Below are positions 1-8,100 of a stretch of DNA of 22,780 nucleotides, in pieces (the first letter of the stretch is position 1; each line of letters begins with the position of its first letter). This DNA comes from Thermoplasmatota archaeon (GTDB lineage Archaea; Thermoplasmatota; Penumbrarchaeia; Penumbrarchaeales; Penumbrarchaeaceae): assembly GCA_965234725.1 (NCBI GenBank), contig CBDDUX010000110.1, positions 1 through 22,780 of the forward strand. The letters are read 5' to 3'. The translations under genes and the position numbers were made by a program. Below the pieces are notes generated by a model. That model saw only the letters and a program-made list of their open reading frames with translations, searched no databases and had not been told where the DNA came from.

Positions 1-1837
1 CTTTTTTTGTTGGATCGATATAGGCAGAAAAAGTAATGTTCTCAAGGTATATCGCTCGATTCGGAATGAGATAAGATCCTTGATAGATCCCTGTATTTAT
101 ACCGGTTTCTCTTAGTGTCCTGGTAATAAATTCCGGTTTGCTCTTGCTGAATGAAATGTTGACCCTCGCTCTATCGATTTTGGTTGCATTGCTATCCAAT
201 CCCATCATTTCCACATGTACCAAATCACCAATATCTGCAAAATTAATATCATCACCCTGACCATTTTGGACATCGAGATTATATATCTCGAGTGGTTCTG
301 AAAAACCCACCCCGGGGATCAAATAGGTCTGCCCAGAAATATTTCCACCTTCGTCATTACCAGATGCTCCAATTATGATATCATCACATCCATCTCCGTT
401 CATGTCTCCCGCACCTGAAACCGACCTTCCAGAATAATCATACGCTCTCTCCCCAATGAAAGATGCATCTATGGAAGATAAATCAGTATCCATTGCCCAC
501 CCAGAGGCCTTTCCAAGGATCAGGTATGTCTGACCAGCATTTACTCCTCCTTCATCATTTCCATTAGCCCCAATAATAATATCATCATAGCCATCACTAT
601 TTACATCTCCAGCTCCTGCAACGGGCGATTTGGTAGAAGCTCCTCCTGCGTCCTCTCCCCAGAAAGAGGCGTCAGCGTTTGACAGGTCCGTGTCCATTAC
701 CCATCCCGATGCCTTTCCAAGGACCAGGTAAGTCTGTCCAGCACCGGAACCGCCATCCTCGTCACCATACGCTCCGATGAGTATGTCATCGTATCCGTCT
801 CCGTTCACGTCCCCAGCCCCAGATACAGAGCAACCGGAAATATCATCAGCATCCTCACCCCAGAACGATGCATCTGCGTTTGATAGATCAGTGTCCATTG
901 TCCAACCTGAGGCCTTACCTAAGATCAGGTACGTCTGGCCAGCATACACGCCTCCATCATCATTTCCATTAGCCCCAATAATAATATCATCATAACCATC
1001 ACTGTTTACATCACCACATATCGATATTGAACCACCTGCTCTATCGAGAATGGACTCACCGATGAAAGAGGCGTCCGATTGGGAAAGGTCAGTATCCATC
1101 GCCCAACCTGAAGATTTTCCAAATATTAAATAAGTTTTTCCTACCGCTTCATTACCACCTATATACCCTTCTGTGGTACTGATTATAATATCATTATATC
1201 CATCTCCATTTACATCACCAGTACAAGATACTGATTCTCCAGCATAATCACGTGCCGTTTCACCCAGGAACGAAGCATCCGCGTTGGACAGGGTCGTGTC
1301 CCTGGCCCAGCCCGAAGCTTTTCCAAATATTAGATATATTTGACCAGCAGCATTTCCATTTTCATCATTACATCTACTACTAATTAGAAAATCATCATAT
1401 CCATCGCCATTGACATCCCCTTCACCACAAATCACTTCGCCCGCTTCATCACCTTTGGATTCTCCAATGAAAGAAGCATCAGCTCCGGAGAGGTTAGTAT
1501 CGATTGTCCATCCAGATTCACTACCGAAAATCAAATAAATTTTACCCCGTGGTGTTATACCCATTCCTAAATATTCAAGGGCAGTGATTAAAACATCATC
1601 ATATCCATCACCATTTACATCACCTGCTCCTGATACTTTACAACCTGCTCGTTCGTTAGAGCCCTCTCCTATGAAAGACGCAAATGAAGCATCAGAGATG
1701 TTCATGTCCATCTCGAAATCACCAAACCCCCTTGTTTTCATTTGGGCAGTCACTTTGATGTCAATATTATCAGTTAAAATAGAGAAAGATCCGATTATAA
1801 GAAGAATAGAAATAAGCGTTATTGTAGATTTATTCAT
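1..1837 (-). CDS. Secreted FG-GAP (integrin-alpha-like) repeat protein, 7 repeats; 3'-partial, runs off the window
   Basis: Hand translation from ATG 1837 gives a signal-peptide-like start (MNKSTITLISILLIIGSFSIL). Seven ~68-aa repeats follow, with GD[VM]N[GS]DG[YC][DN]D..I cores near 1610, 1405, 1205, 1000, 800, 595 and 395, linked by YL..GK.SGW..DT.LS..DASF.GE segments. After them comes a domain with an ETGINTGIY motif. The frame is open at the window edge (...RAIYLENITFSAYIDPTKK). GGGGAA SD-like sequence lies upstream. An in-frame upstream ATG exists at 1969. Confidence 0.92.
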   Translation of the reverse strand, partial: MNKSTITLISILLIIGSFSILTDNIDIKVTAQMKTRGFGDFEMDMNISDASFASFIGEGSNERAGCKVSGAGDVNGDGYDDVLITALEYLGMGITPRGKIYLIFGSESGWTIDTNLSGADASFIGESKGDEAGEVICGEGDVNGDGYDDFLISSRCNDENGNAAGQIYLIFGKASGWARDTTLSNADASFLGETARDYAGESVSCTGDVNGDGYNDIIISTTEGYIGGNEAVGKTYLIFGKSSGWAMDTDLSQSDASFIGESILDRAGGSISICGDVNSDGYDDIIIGANGNDDGGVYAGQTYLILGKASGWTMDTDLSNADASFWGEDADDISGCSVSGAGDVNGDGYDDILIGAYGDEDGGSGAGQTYLVLGKASGWVMDTDLSNADASFWGEDAGGASTKSPVAGAGDVNSDGYDDIIIGANGNDEGGVNAGQTYLILGKASGWAMDTDLSSIDASFIGERAYDYSGRSVSGAGDMNGDGCDDIIIGASGNDEGGNISGQTYLIPGVGFSEPLEIYNLDVQNGQGDDINFADIGDLVHVEMMGLDSNATKIDRARVNISFSKSKPEFITRTLRETGINTGIYQGSYLIPNRAIYLENITFSAYIDPTKK

Positions 1838-1874
1838 ATCGATTCCCCAGAACCCAATATTGAATGATCTATAG

Positions 1875-1888
1875 AGAATAAAAAGGTT
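1875..1888 (-). promoter_or_regulatory. Putative BRE/TATA element for the FG-GAP gene
   Basis: Minus strand AACCTTTTTATT about 40-50 nt upstream of ATG 1837. The same motif occurs upstream of the epimerase (GGAACCTTTTTATC) and the beta-helix gene (GAAAAGCTTTTTATC). Confidence 0.5.
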
Positions 1889-1889
1889 G

Positions 1890-1907
1890 GGGCCCCCGAA
1901 GGAGCCC
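1890..1907 (-). other. GC-rich hairpin with cUUCGg tetraloop, terminator-like
   Basis: Minus strand GGGCTCC-TTCG-GGGGCCC: a 7-bp stem with one G-U pair, followed after 5 nt by TTTTT. Confidence 0.55.
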
Positions 1908-2021
1908 TTTTTCCTTTTCTTCTGCTTCTGATCATCTCTCTTGAAGGCATCCAGAAGAGATCCTTCCATTACCCCCCAAAAAAGGTATTTTGAAAACACC
2001 CCTTTATTTAGATCCTCAAGG

Positions 2022-2451
2022 GTTTTATTAAAATAAAGGAGAAAAATGATGTGATTTTCCGCTTTCAACACGTTTTTGGAAAATTGTGATCTTATTAGTA
2101 TTAAAACCTATTGTAACGAAAAATATGGAACGGATCTATTCGAATCGAGTTAATCCTACATCTGAGACACACATAGGGTCCTCGATGCTTATCCATGCGG
2201 AAGGTCTGGCGAGGTCCTTCGATCCGAAAGAGGTCATCAGGTCCGCTACACTGATAATAGATCATCCATACGGAAGGATAGCATCCATCAAGAGAAGGAT
2301 CTCTGAAATTGAGGACCTAATTGAATAACCCTGAAAACAGTCCCTACATCGACTGGGCAGAGATCAGAGAAAAATACTCCAGACTAGAAGAGTCCTTTTC
2401 CGAAGATGGAGACCACAAATATGCATCAATGCGGAAGAGGTCCTCTCTGAA
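2022..2451 (+). pseudogene. Decayed direct duplicate of the upstream region and 5' end of the ABC-F gene (copy of ~3217-3819)
   Basis: Collinear with 3217-3819; ATG 2185 corresponds to ATG 3373. It carries a 180-nt in-frame deletion removing Walker A (about 3453-3633), a +1 frameshift near 2321 (stop at 2326-2328), a 1-nt deletion near 2431 and scattered substitutions. Confidence 0.93.
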
Positions 2452-2562
2452 TGTCAATTGTTACATATGCTCCATTGGAATCAACTCATCCATTTGTGAT
2501 TCCCTCAGATGATCGCCCAAGAAAATATTAGTTTTTGATACCATTTCAATATGAACCAAATT

Positions 2563-2697
2563 GGGGTATCCACTTAGCTCCCAAAGACACATGAAATCTG
2601 CAATTACAAAGATATTTATATATCAATATATTTTAGATAATATCTGCCGTTATATGCCATTATATCATAAAACTTTTAGGAGTAAAGTGGATACCCC
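2563..2697. mobile_element. 135-bp MITE-like element with GGGG...CCCC TIRs and 14-bp TSD
   Basis: Left end GGGGTATCCACTTAGCTCCCAAA (2563-2585); right end reverse-complemented GGGGTATCCACTTTACTCCTAAA (2697-2675). The first 13 nt are identical, 20/23 overall. The immediate flanks ATATGAACCAAATT (2549-2562) and ATTTGAACCAATTT (2698-2711) match 12/14 as direct repeats. Excision extends the wHTH ORF in frame. Confidence 0.8.
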
Positions 2698-3005
2698 ATT
2701 TGAACCAATTTATGATCGCGCTCCAGATTCAAGATGAATTTTCTATCCCCCAACGAATATTCCAATATGAAAGATTCGATCTGCGATCGAAAATATTTTG
2801 TTTTACCACCATTGTCATGATAAGAATGGTCTTCTTCCATTAAATTCAGATCTTGAAGGGTTTTTACTATTCGATAGCACTTAAACCTAGGAATCTTAAG
2901 ATTATCAGAAATGTCTCTTACAGATCTCGATGTCCCTGAAGTGTAATATAAGATCGAGAGATACCTATTATCTGTGAGATATTTCCATAATTGACTTAAA
3001 TCCAT
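2676..3005 (-). CDS. Winged helix-turn-helix transcriptional regulator (archaeal ArsR/HTH_20-like), C-terminus replaced by MITE sequence
   Basis: HTH-like RSVRDISDNLKIPRFKCYRIVKTLQDLNL plus wing GGKTKYFRS. Aligns by eye with 11893-12231. AGAGGT SD upstream. The last 7 codons (MGYPLYS) and the stop come from the element's right end. Confidence 0.85.
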   Translation of the reverse strand: MDLSQLWKYLTDNRYLSILYYTSGTSRSVRDISDNLKIPRFKCYRIVKTLQDLNLMEEDHSYHDNGGKTKYFRSQIESFILEYSLGDRKFILNLERDHKLVQMGYPLYS

Positions 3006-3372
3006 GGTCTACCTCTTAAATTCTATAGAAGATATTGTTCTTATCAATATCATTAATAATATACTAATATCCACTTCAATGTTTATTATATATTGTGTGC
3101 ATATTCCATACATATCATAGTATTATGTTCAGCATTAAACTGATGTTTTATACTATTATGCATAATTAATACGCATCATTTATAAATATGCGAATCTCAA
3201 TATTAAGCCATCAGACGTTTTATTGAAATAATGGAGAAAAACGATGCGATTTTCAACACGTTTTTAAAAAATCCTTGTTTGTTTGGTATTTGAACCGATT
3301 GTAAAGAGAAATATGTACCAAAACTTTGCGAATTGAGATAATCCTATATCGGAGACCCACATAGGGTCCTCG

Positions 3373-5175
3373 ATGCTTATCCATGCGGAAGGTCTGGCGA
3401 GGTCCTTCGGTCCGAAGGAGGTCATCAGGTCCGCTACACTGACCATAGATCAAGGCGACCGGATAGGTTTCGTTGGGTCCAACGGATCAGGTAAGACCAC
3501 CCTTATCCGGTTGCTCATGGGGGAGCTCCGTCCCGATTCAGGGGACCTCACAAGGAGAACCGATTCCATAGGCTACCTTCCCCAGTTCCCTGATTTTCCT
3601 CCAAATGCCAAGGTCTCTGATGTCATAGGGACCCCATACGGAAGGATAGCATCCATCAAGAGAAGGATCTCTGAAATTGAGGACTTGATGAATAACCCTG
3701 AGAATAATCCCGACATGGACTGGACAGAGATCGGTGAGGAATACTCCAGACTACAGGAGTCCTTTTCCGAAGAGGGAGGCCACAAATATGCATCAATGGC
3801 GGAAGAGGTCCTCTCTGAAGTGGGTCTGGAAGGATCCTTCCTCCCGAGGAAGCTGAAGGACCTTTCCGGAGGAGAAAGGGGAAGGATCTTGCTGGCAAGG
3901 GTCATTGTACAGGCAAAGGACGTGGACCTCCTGTTCCTTGACGAACCAACCAATCATCTTGATGTGGAGACAATGGAATGGCTGGAGGAATACCTCCACG
4001 ACCTCAACACATCCATTCTGATGATATCGCACGACAGATACTTCCTCGATAGTACCTGCAATAAAACCATGGAGATCGAAAAAGGGAAGGTTAGGACCTA
4101 CAACGGAAATTATTCAAAGTACCTGATAGCCAAAGAAGCCGAGTTCATGATAAGATCTGCAGAAGCTGAACACAATAGAATAGAGAGGAACAGACAGTCT
4201 AAGGTAATTGAGGAACAGCAGAGGAAATGGGGGTACAAGACCACGTTCAAGACCAGACAGAAACTGCTGGAAAAAACGGAAATCGTTCAAGCCCCGACAA
4301 AAGAGCATGGTATAACTATGAGAATGGATACCACCGACCGCTCGGGAAAGAACCTGATCATGATTAAGGATATGAAGGTCCTCCGAGAGGGGAGACTTGT
4401 CATTGACGATATCAATCTGGATGTGGATAAAGGGGACATCATTGGAATATTCGGACCCAACGGATCAGGGAAGACCACGTTCCTCAATACTCTCATCGGT
4501 GAACTACCCCATACCGGTGATCTCTGGGTTGCACCGGGGGCAAGGATCGGGTACTTCTCTCAGGGACATGAACTGCTGGATATGGACATCACACCCGAGG
4601 AACAGCTGCTCAACGCAGTTGGAAAGGATAACAAGGCCCTTGCAAGGGGGATACTGGCCAAGTTCCTCTTGACCGGTCACGACGTGGAAAGGGAGATATC
4701 GACCCTTTCAGGTGGCGAGAAGGCCAGGGTCGCTCTTGCTCTTCTCATTGCTGAAAGAAGGAACCTGCTACTTCTGGACGAACCTACCAATCATCTGGAT
4801 ATCAGGTCAAGGACTGCGATCGAGTCCGCTCTTTCAGCATACAAGGGAACCATCGTCATGGTGACCCACGACCGCTATCTTTTGGACAAGCTCTGCACCA
4901 GGATGGCCTTCATAAAGGATGGGAAGATGGTCGTTCTGAACGGTACTTATTCTCAAGTTAAAGGTGACAGGTCCCTTCAATCCGTGATCGAACAGGCGGA
5001 AGCCTACAGGGTCGTCTCAGCTTTCACGGATTGGAAGACAAGGACCAGATACAGGTCAGGTGACAGGGTCCTGATAGCCGACAGTGAGATGGAAAGGTTT
5101 GAAGAGGCAATAGACAAAGGATTCCTCAAGCGTATAAGGGGAAATGAGAAGAAGAAGGTGGATCGACCTCTTTAA
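3373..5175 (+). CDS. ABC-F family ATP-binding protein (ribosome-associated; Uup/YdiF/EttA-like)
   Basis: Two ABC domains (GSNGSGKT, LSGGE, LFLDEPTNHLD, SHDRYFLD; GPNGSGKT, LSGGEKAR, LLLDEPTNHLD, THDRY), a helical arm insert, a YNGNYSKY-initiated interdomain linker and no TM segments. Confidence 0.96.
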   Translation: MLIHAEGLARSFGPKEVIRSATLTIDQGDRIGFVGSNGSGKTTLIRLLMGELRPDSGDLTRRTDSIGYLPQFPDFPPNAKVSDVIGTPYGRIASIKRRISEIEDLMNNPENNPDMDWTEIGEEYSRLQESFSEEGGHKYASMAEEVLSEVGLEGSFLPRKLKDLSGGERGRILLARVIVQAKDVDLLFLDEPTNHLDVETMEWLEEYLHDLNTSILMISHDRYFLDSTCNKTMEIEKGKVRTYNGNYSKYLIAKEAEFMIRSAEAEHNRIERNRQSKVIEEQQRKWGYKTTFKTRQKLLEKTEIVQAPTKEHGITMRMDTTDRSGKNLIMIKDMKVLREGRLVIDDINLDVDKGDIIGIFGPNGSGKTTFLNTLIGELPHTGDLWVAPGARIGYFSQGHELLDMDITPEEQLLNAVGKDNKALARGILAKFLLTGHDVEREISTLSGGEKARVALALLIAERRNLLLLDEPTNHLDIRSRTAIESALSAYKGTIVMVTHDRYLLDKLCTRMAFIKDGKMVVLNGTYSQVKGDRSLQSVIEQAEAYRVVSAFTDWKTRTRYRSGDRVLIADSEMERFEEAIDKGFLKRIRGNEKKKVDRPL

Positions 5176-8100
5176 ACGTCCCAGCTCTCTGCTTCTTCTA
5201 CGGTCTCTTCATCGAATGATAACACTTCTTCCTTTGTCTTTCCTCTCCTGACGGCAATGAAAACAGCTGCCAGCACAATAAGGAGAAGAAGGATCGATCC
5301 GATCACCAATGCGTAGATCATCCATCCGTCAAAGGAATTCTCATTCTCCTCATCCTCATGGATCGGTGTCACGGTGATCGTAGTGGCTGATTTGGCCCAG
5401 TTTCCGAACTCATCCAGGACCTCCAGGTCGATCTGGTAATCACCAGTTTGATCGGGCGTATAATCCAACTGGATCCCATATCTCTCATCCTTGGAACCGT
5501 CCGGTTTGATTATGGTCCATTTATACTCTACAATTTCCGAATCATCCGTAGAACCGCTTGCATCTAGTGAAAGTACCTGTCCCGAACCGATATTGGTCAG
5601 ATTCGCTTTGAGATCTGCAACAGGCTCGATATCATCTGTTATCTCATAGAAGAACTCATACCAGGCTAAATTCCCTGCCTCATCAGAAACTGAGAAGTTC
5701 AATATCCATCCACCTGTACCAGGTGCTTCAAAGGATGCTTCCGATCCCAGACCTAAAACAGGCGTCAAGGGAAGTTCCTTCATGTCAACTGTTCGATCCG
5801 GATTGCTACGGTACCATTTTGCCATTGGTTCGGTCCAGCCGACATTATCTGTGATCGTCACTCTCAATTCATATGTCTCAGAGAGTTCGATCTCATCCGG
5901 TCGTTCCACAAACACCACACTTGGAGGTGTCTTATCTATCAGGTCCAGTGTAATACTTGTCTCCGCGGAGTTGTTGCCGTCAGTGACCCTGACATGCAGG
6001 ACCGGGTGATCGGAAGGGAAAGAAGAGTCCATGAAAACATGGACTATCAGGAAACTGATCCCAAGCTGATAGTTGAAGGAAGCATCCGGATGATCCTGGA
6101 TCCAGGCGTTCTTTTCGGTAATACCAACATTATCGGTGACATGGAAAATATAACTCTCAAAGGTATCGGTTCCGATATCAATATTCCCTTCATCAAAATG
6201 AATCTCTGGCTTGTCATTATCCACAAGGGTGATCTCGGTCCATCCGGATGTGTAATTATTCCCTGACCTGTCCACGACTATTAGTCTGTATTCCACTTGA
6301 CCCGTCCGATTTCCAGGCATCTCGATATCAACAGAGGTATTGAAATCTCCAAATGGCGTAATCGAAAGCCTATCCTTGGTAAGTGCATATGATCTGATTT
6401 CAATTGTTCCGGGGAATAGAACCTCGGCATACATCTCTGAGATCACATCATTATCAGTTACAAGGGCAACCAGGTTGAATGTCTCACCCGTAGTAACTTC
6501 TGATACAAGGTCCCCTGTGAGGTTCTGAGCAGCGAAACCGAATTCAATGACCTCTGGTAGAAGTTCATCCACCACGGATATGTTCCTATACCATGTTTCA
6601 AACACATTCCCCGATAGGTCCTCGATCTCGAAATGGTAGATCAGTTCATTTGCAGAACCGGGAGCTGTCATCTCGATGAAGTATGTGGATGACCTTGAAC
6701 CCTTTGAAAGGACCTGTGATCCAGAATCCCCATCTATGAATAATCTGACCTCTTTAATACCCAGATTATCCCCCGCGATGATCTCGAAACGCAGGGAACC
6801 AAGGCAGTTGACCTCTTGAGGTGTCATGTCCTCGATGAGTTCAGGCATGTCGTTGTCTATCAACTCCAGCAAAATCTGCTCGGATGAGATCGAATTCCCC
6901 GCAGCGTCAGTGACGATCATGGTTATCGAGGTATTCCCGACCATGGAGGAAGGGGTTGTGAATTCGATTTCCCATTTGTCGGTGGTTGAATTGAATATAC
7001 CAATTGCGATCTCCACCGGTCCTTCGGGATACTGGATGCTGGCTCTGACATCGGATGTCCCGATGTTGTCATCAGTGGATATCTCGAACTTCTGGGCATC
7101 TCCTGTCGTAAGTGAGGTTGGTATGACCATTCCTGTTATGGATGGCAATTCATCATCTTCAATGAAGGTATCCACCTCATTTGTGTGCACCTGATTCCCG
7201 GTCAGATCAACAATGAAGAAATGATAGCTCACCGGATTTGATCTGTCCGATGGCATATCAATAGTGTAAGTGAAATTGGTATCATCCGTCGTTGTCATGG
7301 AGTGATTCCTAAGGGCCTGTCCCTCCTCCTGATATATCAGCCTGACCTGGGATATTCCGACATTATCCGAAGCGATCATATGGAAGATCGTGGAATTTCC
7401 AGTTCGTGGTGGTAACACTGTAAGGTCTGAGACAAGTCTTGGAGCATCGTTGTCCGTAATATCCATGTAGAAATTGCCCGTTATGTTAACGTTCCCTGAG
7501 GTATCACTCAGGTTGAAATGATATCTTATGTATCCATCTTCATCTTCAGGCACTATAAAAACAAGCGATCTCTCATTTCCGGATCCCATCATAAGAATGG
7601 TCTGCCATATCAGATCATCAAATGTATAGTTCAGATAGACATCATTAGTGCCAATATTATCAGTTAGATGGCACCCGAACCTAACAGGATCGCCTGTTGT
7701 TGCAGTTAATGATGTGTTATCTTGCAAGAATTCCGGTTTGTCATTGTCAGTTATATCCCTCTTCGTCCATGATGTGTGGTTCCACTGGCCTACCGCATCC
7801 TCTGCTCCTATCGAGAACCAGAACGGATCAAGTGAACCGATGGGATGGATCCCGTTGAATACCCAGGAAGGAGCACTGTTGAGCATTGTCACATTGGTTG
7901 GTGTCAAAGGTTGTGACTGGCCCCATCCAAATTCTATGGTCACATTCGTCACTGCAACGTTATCCGTAACGAAAGCGTTCACCTGGAAGATGTCTCCGGT
8001 GGACCACTGGCCTCCAAGTGATATCATGCCCATCTGCGGAGGTTCACTGTCATGTCCAACATTGACAACCTTTGTGAGAGGTTTGAAATTGTTCTTGGTG

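Noticed and set aside
370..1700. Regularly spaced DNA repeats as a CRISPR array
   Set aside because: The ~204-nt period and degenerate in-frame coding repeats do not fit the CRISPR repeat-spacer geometry, and no cas genes are present.
777..1874. Plus-strand ORFs 777-995 and 1584-1874 with SSYPSPFTSPAP repeats
   Set aside because: Antisense shadows of the GAGDVNGDGYDD repeats of the minus-strand FG-GAP gene.
2185..2451. Duplicate as a diversity-generating retroelement template repeat
   Set aside because: Many mismatches have A in the copy, but about as many do not (T>C, A>G, G>T, G>C, C>G). There are also indels, no reverse transcriptase in the window, and the target is a gene 5' end rather than a C-terminal variable region. 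Ordinary decay fits better.
2086..2512. ORFs 2086-2328 and 2321-2512 as independent genes
   Set aside because: Both are frameshifted pieces of the ABC-F duplicate.
2563..2697. Element as a Tn3-family MITE or a simple terminator
   Set aside because: No 38-bp Tn3-type IR, and the best flanking repeat is 14 bp rather than 5 bp. An ~89-nt spacer, the abutting direct repeats and ORF restoration argue against a terminator hairpin.
3068..3076. TATCCACTT matching the inner part of the MITE TIR
   Set aside because: Only 9 nt, lacks the GGGG terminus and any TSD; plausibly chance in AT-rich DNA.
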